From positions 717 through 64,716 of the IMG/VR virus record IMGVR_UViG_3300045581_000594: a stretch of DNA of 64,000 bases. The stretch is one strand, 5' to 3'. Both the position numbers and the translations under genes were made by a program. The notes below the pieces were generated by a model. That model was not told the DNA's origin, did not search any database, and saw only the letters and a program-made list of their open reading frames with translations. This DNA is from a virus (taxonomy: Duplodnaviria; Caudoviricetes). Of this stretch, positions 21,901 through 30,599 are shown in pieces; position 1 is the first letter of the stretch; each line of letters opens with the position of its first letter.

Positions 21901-24900
21901 ACAAACCCAAGCCGAGATCGTCGCAGCCAACAAAGCCGAGGCTTCTCGTCTCGGACTGGTAAATGGGGATGCCTCCAGTGTCGTAACTGCCCTTCGCAAC
22001 ATTGCTAAATCCGGCGGAGTGATTCAGAAAGCGGTTGCTAATATGTTACTAGCCAATGGGGATATCGTTGCTGGCACGAAGTTTGTAATGACTGAACTCA
22101 ACAGCTCCGAGGCAGGGTTCTATTCTCCGGAAGATAACACAGTCGTTATCAACCTAGACGGCACAAACGGCCGAGGTCTTGCGGATGTTCTGCTCCATGA
22201 GTATACCCATGCGGGAACAATCGAGTTGCTCACACGCCCACGCACCGCTGCTCAGCGTGATGCGATCCAGCGTCTTACCGCTCTTAGAAACTTGACTTCT
22301 CAGATAGCGGCTGAGCGAGGCATCGACTCCGCTGTGTTCCGTGCTGGTCTGGCGAACAACGCAGAGTTCATCTCTTACGCCCTGACTGCTCCTGAGTTTC
22401 AATCGATCCTCGTGAACATGAGTCCTCCGTCCCAGCGTTCGGTATGGCGTCGTATCCTCGACACCATCGCTGACTTCTTCGGTGTGTCGAGGGAGCAAGT
22501 GAATGCTCTCGATGAGATTCTTAACTTCGCTACTATGGCGTTCACTACTCCGAACACTTTCGGAACCACGTCCACCCTGCAATCTGCTCGTGATGAAGAT
22601 CGCCGAGCTGATGAGATGAACCACGACGTAATGATCGCCCAGTCGAATCGCTTCACCACAGCGTTTGATGTGCGCGAGCCATCGACTCCTTCGGTGGAGG
22701 AGCAACAACTAGCCACGCAAGGAGATCTCGTATTCGATACCATAGGGGCTGCCCGTAGTGCATTACCACAAGGTGTGGAGCTGGTCGAAGACCAGCAGCT
22801 CGAAGGGATCGCTGGGTTCTCCCGTGCAAATCCTACTCAGATAGTTGTCAATCCTGATTACTTGGCACAAGCAGTCAGAGGACTGCCCGCCCATAGAGCT
22901 GCGGCAGTTGTCCGCTCTACGATCGACGAGGAGGTAGCGCACATGGCATCCGATGCTGTATTCTCAGAAGCAGACTATGCGGATATCGCAGAGATGCTCG
23001 GGAACAGCGGCCTCAACCTTGTGGCCCATGAGTATTACTCACTCAAGTATCCGTCCTTCGCCGAGCGTTCCGCTGCGATCAGAGCTGATCGGGATTCCGG
23101 TATCCTGTCCGATGTGACCCTAGCCTCCGAGTGGACTCGGATGCAGGTATCGCGTATGGCTACAGGCACTACCCGTGAGCGTGATCTGGACATGATCCTA
23201 GATAATAAATCATTAGTAGATAAACTGATTACTGCGCTACTGCGTTTCGTTGAAACTCTTCGTGAAAGATTTGCGCTTTCCCCTACCGCTTCCACAGCGG
23301 CGAAGATCTCACAGGCTTCTCGCATGATGCGTCGCCTTCAGAATGACGGAGCCATCCCTGCCCCTGAGTCCTCACCCGAAGGTGAGATGGGCGACACTAC
23401 CTACCTGCTTGCGGCTCTGAGCAATCAGACAGTCGAAGGACAGGAAGATAGAACATCGTTCGCTGCCCCCATCGCAGCCATAGACCCAGATAAGAAGTCG
23501 TTCATCGAACGCTTCTGGGATAAACTCGGTGAGCGTGGGCGCATCTACAACATGCCGACCGCCTTACGTGAAGTGTATAATAATCGTGCAGGCGTGCTCA
23601 GCACCGCCCAGTACGACATTCAACTCTTCAACAAGAAGTTCTCCAAACTGCGTGACTCCGCACTGGCAGACGGGATACCTATGGAGGATCTCATGGTTGT
23701 GCTCGGGACCACTGAGCCGATCATTAAGACCCCCGTCCGTGCGAAGATCGCTTCCGATCTGCGTGCGTTCGGTAGAACCCTCAGCCCACAAGACCCTGCC
23801 CGTGAGGACAAGATGCGTGAGAAAGAGAACGAGCTATACCAACAAGCAGCCCACGAGTTTGCCGCAGACTTCCGCCTCAAGCAAGAGGAGATGGAGAAAA
23901 GGCTCCGCAGCAGGGGTCACTCCGAAGTTGTGGACCTGATGGTAGAGTTCAGGAAACAAATGAACAAGCAGAAAACCATTGTCAACTGGGACTCCACGAA
24001 TGATGTGTATCTAACAAGACACTATCGTTACTACGATACCCCCGGCTGGCACATGGCTGTACGCAACGGGACAGTGTTCACCGATGACACGGGAACCGAG
24101 GTTGACTTCGGTGCTCGCAGGCTGGTCGCTGCCAGAAGTTTGTATATGGAAGAAGCAATGGCTGACCTGAGCAGGGAGGGTATTAAACCAACTCAAGATC
24201 TGCTGGACCAGCGTGTGCTTGTCAAACTGGACGAACACCTAGATAGCTTGGACAAGATGCACGCGGAGGAGTATTCCGAGAGCATGGCAACCAGCATCAG
24301 GCAAGACCCGAACCTTCTCAAGAAGAAAAACGAGGTCGACGCCTCGCTCAGGGGGCTACTCGGTGAGGTCAAAGACCCGCTTGAGGTTGCCGTGAGAACG
24401 ATGCACAGCCTGAGCCGTATGGCAGCGAACAAAACGTTCTACGAGAACTTCGAGAAGATCGCCATCAAGCAGGGGCTCGCTTCCTATACACCACAGGATG
24501 GAATGGTTTTGCTATTCCCTTCCCGTCAGTCCGATAGGTACGGCACGCTCGCTGGGCTGCATGTACGCAACGATATTGCGGCAGCTCTGCGTGAGGAACT
24601 TCAACTTCAGCTTGGACAGGGAGAAGCCAACGCTACGAAGGCTATCTCAGGACTCACCAAAGGGTTCGCAACCTTCTCCGGTTTGTCTATCACAGCCAAG
24701 ACGGCCCTCGGTGTGGGTTACTGGACACGTAACATCATCGGTGGTGGTGTGTTGAGCATTACTCAAGGACTGTCACCTCTTTCCCGAGACTCCATTGCCA
24801 GCTTCAAGGCTGCGTTTAAGGGCAACTTCCTTGGGGCTGAGTCCGACGAGAATCAGCGTGAAGTTATCCGCCGTCTGACTGAGCTTCAGATCCTCCGTGA

Positions 24901-26410
24901 TGATTCCCAAGGGCGTATCATCACTGACATGATGAGAGGGTTCATGACCAACTCCGATCAGGCGTTGGACGAGGCTCTTCAAATGATCCTGAAGTCCCAA
25001 GCGACTGGCAGCATGGCTGAGATCAAGTCTGTGTGGAGCAAACTATTCTCCGTACCTCTTGAGAAGGTCCCTGCGGCAGCGGCTACCCTTAACAACTTTG
25101 TAGACAGTTACTTTAAGGCGAACGCTTACTTCCAAGAGTTAAGATTCCTCCAGAACAAGTTCGGGGAAACCCATTCGGCTGCGGAGTTGGAGCAACGTGC
25201 GGCTCACAAAGTCAAGCTGACGTTCCCGACTCACTCGCAGACGTTGGACATCACCCGTGCATTCAACCGCTCACCTTGGGCACAGTTGTTCATGCCTTTC
25301 CTCAGGTATAAAACGGAGATCATCAGGACGATGATAAACACTCCGTTGCTGGCGGCCAGCGAGATGAAGAACGGAGAGTTCTCTCGTGGGCTCCGTCGAC
25401 TGACGGGCTACTCCACTGTCATGATTGGTGGGGCTTCGATCCTCGGGCACACGATCAGCATGATCTTCAGTCTTCTCGGAGATGACGACGAAGAGAAGCG
25501 AAAGCTAACCGAAGAGGAGCAAGAGCAGATCCGCATGGGTCTTCCGAAATGGCAGAGACTTCACGCCCTGCACATGACGAAGATTGGCGGTAAGATTCAG
25601 GTAGTCGACATGAACTACATCATGCCGCACTCCATTGTTACAGGTATCTTCTCCATCGCAATGAACGGAGCAGTATCAGGTAATGGTGTGTCCGGTAGGG
25701 ATGTTGCAGCGTTCATAAAGTCTGAGTTGCTCGGAGCAAACATTGCAGCTACAGCTGTCAATGAGGTTCTCTCCAACAGAGATGACTTCGGACGCGAGAT
25801 CTACAGCAGTTCCGACAATGCTCTGGAAGTCTTCCGCAAGTCCATGACTCACCTCGGGGCAGGGACCCTACTCCCAGCCTCGATCGACAAGGGGCGTAAG
25901 ATCTTCCGCAAGGGAGAGAAGAACCGCTTGGAGCTGATTCTTGGGGAGTTCACCGGAACCAGACCGCAGCTGCACGAACTTGATACAGTGCTTGATCGTG
26001 GTATGCGGACAGTCAAGGAGGGCATCGATGCTGCCGTTTCCGAGCGCAGCCCGTTCACCAGCGGTAAGTATCTGGATACCGCTGAGATCCCCGACATCTT
26101 CGACAGACAACAGCGTATGCTTAACGCCAATCAGAAGAGACTCAGTGATCTTCTCCGCGTGATGCAGTCGCTGGGTGTTGAGGAGTCTACGATCTTTGAG
26201 AAATCCAAGGACACCCAGATCAGCAAGCAGACAATCGCTCTGGCAATGGACGGGCAGCAACTAAGGTACACCCCGAACGCTGCAGTTTACCAGAAGATGG
26301 ACGCTAACATCAAAGCTCTGGGGGAGGAGGCGAGTGCCGATCCCAGATTCCAAGCCCTGATTGATTATGCTGAGAAGCAGCCTGAGATCTACGACGTAAG
26401 CTCCTACTGA
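12950..26410 (+). CDS. Giant ejection/large polyvalent protein with zincin-like metallopeptidase and LPD38-like C-terminus
   Basis: 4486-aa ORF; GFYSP..NTVVIN...LLHEYTHA...EFISYA; Gly-rich hydrophobic helices near the N-terminus; C-terminal PFLRY and NRDDFGREIY motifs. Confidence 0.8.
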   Translation: MLEIKPFSVWSQDHSDTPPTEQYRGYSTYLRSSHFKNGTLNEQTENEINEGMYQKAVADGLIAEDAPDEEKETVFRSLTGAEPTDPSFTNAQFLPDYLRSKFDRNSAEYAQAGLVETYLSAKRVNSPLAEQHKASIEPLLANQEMITAARKAAVDRGDMQVVSYTKPDGSKGFHFGADTTRESLSGKVDSLLALGALDATDLKEVNSYLDPLNGGVANNAQAVRADAAFRFLDETIKSDPALKNNFNNAVQKRRRREQVAGMTTGERIFDVAKQAIAIPFEAAANLVVGTGQAVGEAFGAEYAPEEAPASADLTKAKDALRSNGYSDAEIERYVTDYTKHMTGPVFRADNPASGIDTDSLGNVLLAPELINQAVFDKALESAPLNEAQKAQAPEQRKLMLERMTPEYMDLIVGESTEALDAYTKAKASGISDSAFVESWLNDPNNYSGFSERLQQFGLSTVSAVAQPLLGVFALGGSESAAKGLAALNREAGQRQKYSRLFGDEYGLGFQVANTLPQVGADILLSVGTGAAYTAAKTTASTGIKSVLRSAAKQAVADVGEDAALAVSRASTLTGSTSEAFSKMSQGLTKTLGLTEAYAPIAASSFMRSASSTYGQLYDELPEGMSHEEKHKAVLGTSMLSGMSTMLTVVGMGLIGRGGVEDLATGGVRIGGKTVPMDKLTYRQMKMLADETTPVINRLTDKAFQQALRGSMGNAYRNFFNQTLKGGFDESVEEMLDQAIQMKITDAYKNQDTPFHEFANQLWVAGVVGGALGGGMGAGAQLLSRPTENDAIRAASARYDLLSRATERLKASGSPVTASLLEERMNEAAQRLAEERTAKATSDAQALQNAAATPASSTLNPDFGVATEDPDIPRPAYTELLTDLEGEQVMHGHYKGRVVLEEDQAYLELDKPELDANKQQFTRIHLGNAVDVASKHVSRSSKFRVTDAPVGSIPAGTPFYQYGKGVKGRYALPDPAATNLDADFTFHRDENGEIKSVVINTARNFDRPDVVFPRTITAPAELRVLGRIYGFEVSPNTGAASRPTAGTADFRSVRAVAKPAQLEFSYDPVAAKQGKKAAPSWSIGQNKDDQPIISIPRAKQGDKVILLPPTGEQRPGAVQVVYKEDNTVDYLFFPNTLTAGQNQPTAYFETDPERIQQLASLYNLRLSETDGPSEALIDDGHARFAFLDTMAGAQLPPLPVVNPEAGAAPEEAAPAVIPVGEGQMELGLDGDVPDYADRVSKAGMAKAVVAAARRVEELKAKMPASAKADAAALTAAENGVTRARASLLTAQTQLEKATDKTRDAREATVATRLKQLTDAEQKLAAAQQAPSLVMTRAIKEAERRLKDLQDASARTEAGEVIHLLGERLTPEQKIEYSSAVAAAYPVEESSEAIINTILRLDPTSRTRTARRIAQQTYADFTPEQIGGALARAEAMIDFGVARAEDGSVPIEVAREIVSAGETIKSRIAAFQGIAVDEEARRIAKLVEDAGQALLAQYNADVEKANPTPSAPADTTPEETSPEEGVAITVDSFPEVLARFNSLIQEYKEAVLYAEGAAIAEGKSPNARGRAVTKVRIPIQQELRAEANRIINLIRQNDDLEESIRAEFETEVLRTLGRNFDKALSNLLQTKRELVTMRGEKAVKGVVRETGKGFRTKQEKAVFEMLAANGHVVSDLTSTGAMFPDHRAVINDVVYNAFTMSTPDLQEAGDKYYKPSEYIKTKNRMLAERVQELYPEVGYLSPAGAGGYYYVVGKNKFPTVYATGVKGSMRVLKKDGDPKNAADFTYVKGAYAPYVSSNRYTDSTEVSGIFTNNPVAVRAQLAMRMSIAPAPTSFAKGKLNPSIVLNGRQAVGYYMPWDSERTNPFYGDSKPVDPRFTHNSETSDEPQARVRKSRRAAEALFLLGMKEPSRRSVWSTQFSEETNKLYKRTSGKLDLNAGSKGSVDTRLPLTATGMDNTVIGVLKEYTVQFNEFRLAQLLTQYVAKQLVKQVRKGQELSPDMQAYMEAKDLGAISTKPSELKRIVEMYAKGPDGSFAPAASSVNITAFLKDIFSRMTIEEVADHVTTMYPDTTHPEVTGVLMNYAMKLLKSTAVDGAYYAAPTADDTMRRSFNRIANTQAKREQRSFWKEGEQVSFDELFDDELFGMENSNAIQSEFRGDAPPVAQPLKGSVGRAFEAAGFNVDPVWDGVSSIEPIRLPAESEDPIYYTRSELLTDDFRKAVRENPTIASLVKQLALKLDPELAVLSGVELLSKLSAKVYEGVLKGDPTAYQFVANLQSEQTGTGAIGKKLAAHLVLSGWLPPSKIYQAAYVGRSGATAGIRVAGSQITRLGFLSPSEHEVYVGATSDMTTEEILARGARARTASEIEQKNVKDRFTAAYGVNESEAARQNDAFMDAARLAQSTVMSLNRERYQAMAEASVAQRRVEGLRERLVLLAGSDTFTNAAEAIQAAEANKQNVLRSLRKESADLYGRARKLDKQIKEASESGATLPRLLQRRKEFSAMLAGTRKIPKNSNAEDVAARISGLDQVILRVEAMSHPEKMASMRAEARSLRAEGRTKANQVSEFKNMDTRSVLLRTVQELSEFNKKAVMSELAVNMLTKEAKEVLLLARTRPYQLLADLAKNDPDYLKAKAKISPLTSEERGILQRAAVEKLDAVRSNENLSKAHSALGKLLREAGYNVRTTQRQQGATEDLFVVPDAPVIPPPPAGVTEFISPSLGVPAEGVVFQSPVIVRPEWETREKGFMWDRREVTHSVDEDGFISARVVYTYPSGETSEETLRGAKASDILVKREVRAEGEQTVIEYTYFDGSTESEIMDGLPSTGIEDSDFTLPPTDTNPNFRSEARTLGVQRARTAEAAEREAALARAAQVDQEQPADTEQPAEQAEEQQEPYFNQRQAAALSNPENFRPQLGRVEGELTGGLTYDEWQFVYDYYTQEREDAIQRENPEAFAPRLGRIDTEALAKRLKKNDQVTSRNGLFFSAGVFTKQTQAEIVAANKAEASRLGLVNGDASSVVTALRNIAKSGGVIQKAVANMLLANGDIVAGTKFVMTELNSSEAGFYSPEDNTVVINLDGTNGRGLADVLLHEYTHAGTIELLTRPRTAAQRDAIQRLTALRNLTSQIAAERGIDSAVFRAGLANNAEFISYALTAPEFQSILVNMSPPSQRSVWRRILDTIADFFGVSREQVNALDEILNFATMAFTTPNTFGTTSTLQSARDEDRRADEMNHDVMIAQSNRFTTAFDVREPSTPSVEEQQLATQGDLVFDTIGAARSALPQGVELVEDQQLEGIAGFSRANPTQIVVNPDYLAQAVRGLPAHRAAAVVRSTIDEEVAHMASDAVFSEADYADIAEMLGNSGLNLVAHEYYSLKYPSFAERSAAIRADRDSGILSDVTLASEWTRMQVSRMATGTTRERDLDMILDNKSLVDKLITALLRFVETLRERFALSPTASTAAKISQASRMMRRLQNDGAIPAPESSPEGEMGDTTYLLAALSNQTVEGQEDRTSFAAPIAAIDPDKKSFIERFWDKLGERGRIYNMPTALREVYNNRAGVLSTAQYDIQLFNKKFSKLRDSALADGIPMEDLMVVLGTTEPIIKTPVRAKIASDLRAFGRTLSPQDPAREDKMREKENELYQQAAHEFAADFRLKQEEMEKRLRSRGHSEVVDLMVEFRKQMNKQKTIVNWDSTNDVYLTRHYRYYDTPGWHMAVRNGTVFTDDTGTEVDFGARRLVAARSLYMEEAMADLSREGIKPTQDLLDQRVLVKLDEHLDSLDKMHAEEYSESMATSIRQDPNLLKKKNEVDASLRGLLGEVKDPLEVAVRTMHSLSRMAANKTFYENFEKIAIKQGLASYTPQDGMVLLFPSRQSDRYGTLAGLHVRNDIAAALREELQLQLGQGEANATKAISGLTKGFATFSGLSITAKTALGVGYWTRNIIGGGVLSITQGLSPLSRDSIASFKAAFKGNFLGAESDENQREVIRRLTELQILRDDSQGRIITDMMRGFMTNSDQALDEALQMILKSQATGSMAEIKSVWSKLFSVPLEKVPAAAATLNNFVDSYFKANAYFQELRFLQNKFGETHSAAELEQRAAHKVKLTFPTHSQTLDITRAFNRSPWAQLFMPFLRYKTEIIRTMINTPLLAASEMKNGEFSRGLRRLTGYSTVMIGGASILGHTISMIFSLLGDDDEEKRKLTEEEQEQIRMGLPKWQRLHALHMTKIGGKIQVVDMNYIMPHSIVTGIFSIAMNGAVSGNGVSGRDVAAFIKSELLGANIAATAVNEVLSNRDDFGREIYSSSDNALEVFRKSMTHLGAGTLLPASIDKGRKIFRKGEKNRLELILGEFTGTRPQLHELDTVLDRGMRTVKEGIDAAVSERSPFTSGKYLDTAEIPDIFDRQQRMLNANQKRLSDLLRVMQSLGVEESTIFEKSKDTQISKQTIALAMDGQQLRYTPNAAVYQKMDANIKALGEEASADPRFQALIDYAEKQPEIYDVSSY

Positions 26411-26501
26411 CTTCGACGATGATGCCCCCTACGAATAGGAGGTACACCCCGAGAATTGAAGCAGCGAACAGAACGGAAAGGGCGGCGACCAAAGAGGTCA
26501 T
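26310..26501 (-). CDS. Small membrane protein (tail overlaps the giant gene end)
   Basis: MTSLVAALSVLFAASILGVYLLFVGGIIVEV; ATG overlaps the upstream stop. Confidence 0.4.
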   Translation of the reverse strand: MTSLVAALSVLFAASILGVYLLFVGGIIVEVSRSLRRRSQAASQHNQSGLGIWDRHSPPPPEL

Positions 26502-26710
26502 GCGTCCTCCTTCTTCATTACGAATTTGCACTGTCCTCTTTCGGTGGAGCCTGATTGGTGCAGATACCATCTGCCCATCTTCGGTTTGTTCAGCACCTCA
26601 GGGTTGCACTTACATCGTTTGGTAGCCCTGTGGGTATGAACCCCATACAAGGGGATCACGTGGGTTACTGTTATCTGTCTCTTGGTTTGTTTCTTTGTTT
26701 GTTTTGTCAT
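26498..26710 (-). CDS. Hypothetical protein (His/Cys motif)
   Basis: HVIP..HTH..CKCNP...H; in operon. Confidence 0.6.
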   Translation of the reverse strand: MTKQTKKQTKRQITVTHVIPLYGVHTHRATKRCKCNPEVLNKPKMGRWYLHQSGSTERGQCKFVMKKEDA

Positions 26711-26713
26711 AGA

Positions 26714-27139
26714 TTAGGAATGCTTGAAGTTGATGAATGAGATTGCGAGTTTGTTGATACTGTCAAGGATGACGGATACGGGCATGGATTCATACGCAGC
26801 GGCTACCTCATACGAGTCTTGGTCTTTGTCCTCGTAAGCCATCAGCTCGCTCAATTCCTCCATACTCAGCGTGTCATCCCAGTTGTGAAGATAGTGGCTG
26901 GCTGCCTCGTTGAACGCCTCGGCATGCAGGGGTTTTGAAAGATCCAGTCTTGATGGATTCTTTCTGTCACTCACCTCATAGCTTAGGTCAACGATGGATA
27001 CGCCGGATGCCTCCCTCCCCGTGTACGCTTCACTGCAAAGGTTGGGCGGTATCCGGTTCAGTTGTTCCATCAGCACACCTACGTGCTCTGGAAAGCAGGA
27101 GTAGGTCACGTCTATTGTCAGTCTGAGTTTTGATTTCAT
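26714..27139 (-). CDS. Hypothetical protein
   Basis: 141-aa ORF tightly packed in the minus-strand operon. Confidence 0.7.
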   Translation of the reverse strand: MKSKLRLTIDVTYSCFPEHVGVLMEQLNRIPPNLCSEAYTGREASGVSIVDLSYEVSDRKNPSRLDLSKPLHAEAFNEAASHYLHNWDDTLSMEELSELMAYEDKDQDSYEVAAAYESMPVSVILDSINKLAISFINFKHS

Positions 27140-27151
27140 TGTGGTTCGGGG

Positions 27152-27409
27152 TCATAGGTTAGCCTCGTCCAGCTTGTCGATTACCCAGTCGTTGAGTTCG
27201 TTACGAAGAGCGGAGTCATTGCTCTGGGCGGCGGCCATGATGCTGTCAAGAAACGTCTGCCTGAGTCTCGGCAACATGAGCTCCACTCCTTTGATGGATA
27301 TGGTGTTCACGTAAGCGATGATGGCGAGGTGTCCTGTTGTGCGGTGGGCTATTCTCTCAAGGGTGATTAGGCATACGCCTGCGTCGAATGTTTGTTTAAT
27401 CTGAGTCAT
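27152..27409 (-). CDS. Hypothetical protein
   Basis: 85-aa ORF with A/C-rich leader. Confidence 0.65.
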   Translation of the reverse strand: MTQIKQTFDAGVCLITLERIAHRTTGHLAIIAYVNTISIKGVELMLPRLRQTFLDSIMAAAQSNDSALRNELNDWVIDKLDEANL

Positions 27410-27423
27410 AATGTTTTTGGTTG

Positions 27424-28233
27424 TTAATAGGATTGGAATTTGGACATGTGTGCTAAGGCTTTGCCCAGAGCGTTATCTGGGTAGCCGTATTTTTCTGTCA
27501 TACGAATCATGTTCTTTATGGCTTCTGATTCGAAATGTTTCAAGCCCCGAACTAAGAATTGATCGGTGCTTAGTTTATCTACATGGGCGGGGTCGTCTCC
27601 ACGAGGGGATACCCAGTTGTGGGGTCCCTCAGCGGTAGCACGATCGAGCCATATCGATTGTAGCAGTCTGATGGTGCGAGACCTGTTCTCCGAACTCAGA
27701 TCATTCACCTCCTTTCTACTTATGTAGAGCAGCAGATCCATCGATAGCGTGAGCGGGGTAGCCGCCGCATCGAAACGATCATACTGAAATGCCAGAGGGA
27801 ACGTGGAGCCTATCGTATCCAGTTTGTTTAGCTGCGCTATAGTCTCAGGAGACCACGCCCTGAACCACGACTGACCTATCGCCACTAGAGAAGTCGTACC
27901 TGACTGCTGCCCGACGGAGTACGGGTTCACGATTAGCTTGCCGTGTCTTCGGGAGAATATGCCTAGGACTGTTGTTTCATGGGGGTGCACCCATATCAAG
28001 CAAGAGCCGGAGCAGACCAGCGAGCATCCGGAATATGCAGCTGTTTTTCCTTTGGCTCGTCTCTTTAGGGCGGATATCCATATGTCTTTGGCCGGAAACT
28101 CCAGAAGCATATTGGCAGAAGATGCTTCGTCGAGAAGCATCGAGGCCCATAGCCTGACGCGTTCCTCGTCGCACTCGCGTTTCGCATACTTCTGGAAGAT
28201 ATCGGCGGATGGTATGTTGTGTGGTCGGCTCAT
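27424..28233 (-). CDS. Hypothetical protein
   Basis: 269-aa ORF; leader ACAAGACAAA shared with other early genes. Confidence 0.7.
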   Translation of the reverse strand: MSRPHNIPSADIFQKYAKRECDEERVRLWASMLLDEASSANMLLEFPAKDIWISALKRRAKGKTAAYSGCSLVCSGSCLIWVHPHETTVLGIFSRRHGKLIVNPYSVGQQSGTTSLVAIGQSWFRAWSPETIAQLNKLDTIGSTFPLAFQYDRFDAAATPLTLSMDLLLYISRKEVNDLSSENRSRTIRLLQSIWLDRATAEGPHNWVSPRGDDPAHVDKLSTDQFLVRGLKHFESEAIKNMIRMTEKYGYPDNALGKALAHMSKFQSY

Positions 28234-28236
28234 ATC

Positions 28237-29673
28237 TTATTTGTCTTGTAGTTCAATTACTTCTCCGAACGGATAGTCGCCCGCCGTCAGACCTGTGGAC
28301 AGCCACAGGACGGGGTAGTCAGGGGACACCAAGTATCTGAGATCATCGGCGTAGCCGTCCGTGAGGTAGACCAACACGTCGGGAGTGTCGACATGGTCCC
28401 TGACCCAGTCGAACGCTGGCTGGAACTTTGTACCGCCACCGCCCTTGAGCGACGCAGGCACGGGGTCTCCGGTCTGCAATGACACCGAGTCACACACGAC
28501 ATGGGACACGGACAGGAGGTGCATGTTCTCTGGGTGCAGCTCATCGAGACAGTCGGACGCTGCCGAAAGGAAGCGTGAGTAGGTGTCTTGACCGATCGAG
28601 CCGGACGTATCTAGGACGAACACGATGTCACCACACTTCTTGCCACGACGTCCGCATGAGATGAGCTTGGTCGTGATGAATGACGGGACATCCATAGGTG
28701 AGTTCCAACCCTGCGCGGATCTCTTATGCAGCCACTCGCGTAACTGGTTGGCCCAGTCGAGTGCGGAGAATGCCTTGCGGTGATCGGCGACACGTGTCCC
28801 GAGCGACCCCGAAGATGAACGCTGGGCATGGTCGATCATGTCGGCAATGAAGATGCGCTCGTTGTCGGCTTCCGTCTCGGCGATGACTGTTTCCCTGTCC
28901 TCGTCGTCAGGTAAGTCCATCGTGTCTTCACTTCCAGTGCCCGGAAATTTGGACATGTCAACGGAGTCATCGTCTGCATCGGCCTCGCCTGAGCCACCGC
29001 TCTGTGAGTCGGTGTCAGCGTCAGCATCAGCATCAGCATCAGCATCCGCCCCCTCCGTGGTATCGGTATCGGTATCATCGTCCCCGTCACAGGAATCAGG
29101 GTACAGGTTGCCGTCATCGTCGCCAGCCTCTGAGTCGTCGGCGTCATCCTCGTCAGGCAGAGGCGGGGCAGGCGGTGGAGGGGGCTGGTTCGCCTGCTCT
29201 CTACGCTTCTCCGATTGGAGCTTGCGGTACAACTCCTCGGCCGACATCTCCTTGGGGAGGGTGCGGTCGAGCAGTGCGCCCTCGATGATAGGGAATACCT
29301 CCCGACCGATCGTCTTGTTCTGCTCGTCGATCAGCAGGTTGATGATGTAGTCGGCAGCCACGTTGGCCAGCTTCCTGTCGGAGAGCGGCATCAAACGCCA
29401 GCTGTGACCGAGCAGTCCGTGCAACGCCTCGTGGACGAGCAGGAAAGCGATGAGCCCTGATCCGTTAGGCATCTTGGAGAGATGGTCTATCGCCTTGGGG
29501 TTGAGGTATAGCGTCTTCCCGTTCGTTGCGCCGAAGGGAACTGTCGATGTCCACTCCCATTGGAAGGACATGAGTTTGGCGTAAGCCACTTGGTAGTATC
29601 GCGCCGTCGTGCGAAGTGCGGTTGCCATAGCACTCTCACGGGGGAACGATGATGGATCTATTATCTTATTCAT
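28237..29673 (-). CDS. vWA domain plus metallopeptidase-like protein (DUF2201-type)
   Basis: N-terminal HEALH..LGH, acidic linker, MIDAS DTSGS, GGGTKF and YLTDG. Confidence 0.9.
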   Translation of the reverse strand: MNKIIDPSSFPRESAMATALRTTARYYQVAYAKLMSFQWEWTSTVPFGATNGKTLYLNPKAIDHLSKMPNGSGLIAFLLVHEALHGLLGHSWRLMPLSDRKLANVAADYIINLLIDEQNKTIGREVFPIIEGALLDRTLPKEMSAEELYRKLQSEKRREQANQPPPPPAPPLPDEDDADDSEAGDDDGNLYPDSCDGDDDTDTDTTEGADADADADADADTDSQSGGSGEADADDDSVDMSKFPGTGSEDTMDLPDDEDRETVIAETEADNERIFIADMIDHAQRSSSGSLGTRVADHRKAFSALDWANQLREWLHKRSAQGWNSPMDVPSFITTKLISCGRRGKKCGDIVFVLDTSGSIGQDTYSRFLSAASDCLDELHPENMHLLSVSHVVCDSVSLQTGDPVPASLKGGGGTKFQPAFDWVRDHVDTPDVLVYLTDGYADDLRYLVSPDYPVLWLSTGLTAGDYPFGEVIELQDK

Positions 29674-29729
29674 TTTGTTTACTTTTTATTTGTCTTATTC
29701 ATTTAGGCAGGACAGCCTGCCCGTCTCTA

Positions 29730-30599
29730 TTACAGCCCCAAACTGGCCAATGTGGCATCAGCCTGCTTGACAATCTGGTCTGCCTTCGAAGCGATCGTCC
29801 CACGGGAGGACTCGTCGACTCCGCCAGTGCCTGCAGCGATCACCTCGGCAGAGGAGTCGAGCAGATCATTGATCTCGGGCAGATCCATGACGTTGAGATC
29901 ACGCACACGGCGGACTTCGTCACGCAGCTTGTCGAACTGCGAGAGGTGCAGTCGCTTGGCGTTACGCAGGCGGTCGATGAACTCAACCAAGGTGTCACGC
30001 AGGTCAAGGACAGGACCGCTGTGTGCTTGACGCAGCATGTCGTCGATGTGTGCCTGTGATTCGGCACGTACCCTGTTGGCTACCTCGTCGGCCACACCCT
30101 TGAGGACACTGTCCTGCAGGGAGACGTGGCTGTTGACGATGGTGAGGGTCATCGTGAACTTGGAAGCAACCTCGGTGGCGGACGGGATGGTCACCTCGTC
30201 GGCGAACTTGCCGAGACGTAGACGCAGTCCGTTCATCAGGGTGGGGTAGGTTGCCACGATGTCCTCACGCACAGTGTCAAGCTCAAGCATGGCATCGTCG
30301 TAGATATTCTGGGCTGTGGCAATTTCCTTGACAGGCAGGTAGAACCCGCCCGTCCGACACGGCAACCCGAGGCGACGGAGGCTGACCCCTGTGCGTTGCA
30401 GCAGGGAGATAGCACGTCCGATCGCTGTTCCTCTCGCCGTGAGTACGGTGTTGTAGACCCGAGCAGCTTGACGCTCTGCTCCCGCATCGGTCGTGACCCG
30501 AGCGGTGGCTGAGCGGTTCAGTGCGTTGGTCGCAGGTGCGCTGGTATTGTAGTAGGCAAGCACGAGGCTGTGCACTTTGTTTATCTGGTTGTCTTTCAT
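29730..30599 (-). CDS. Helical protein between AAA and vWA genes (DUF3150-like)
   Basis: 289 aa; GGFYLP motif and position in the AAA-X-vWA triad. Confidence 0.65.
   Translation of the reverse strand: MKDNQINKVHSLVLAYYNTSAPATNALNRSATARVTTDAGAERQAARVYNTVLTARGTAIGRAISLLQRTGVSLRRLGLPCRTGGFYLPVKEIATAQNIYDDAMLELDTVREDIVATYPTLMNGLRLRLGKFADEVTIPSATEVASKFTMTLTIVNSHVSLQDSVLKGVADEVANRVRAESQAHIDDMLRQAHSGPVLDLRDTLVEFIDRLRNAKRLHLSQFDKLRDEVRRVRDLNVMDLPEINDLLDSSAEVIAAGTGGVDESSRGTIASKADQIVKQADATLASLGL

Noticed and set aside
12950-26410. Virion RNA polymerase in the giant protein
   Set aside because: I found no DxDGD-type or N4/T7-type catalytic motifs by eye; it cannot be excluded without structure prediction.
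29004-29080. GCATCA/GTATCG hexamer microsatellite
   Set aside because: It encodes the in-frame DADADA/DTDT acidic linker of the vWA protein; a 6-nt unit does not shift frame, so it is not a phase-variation switch.
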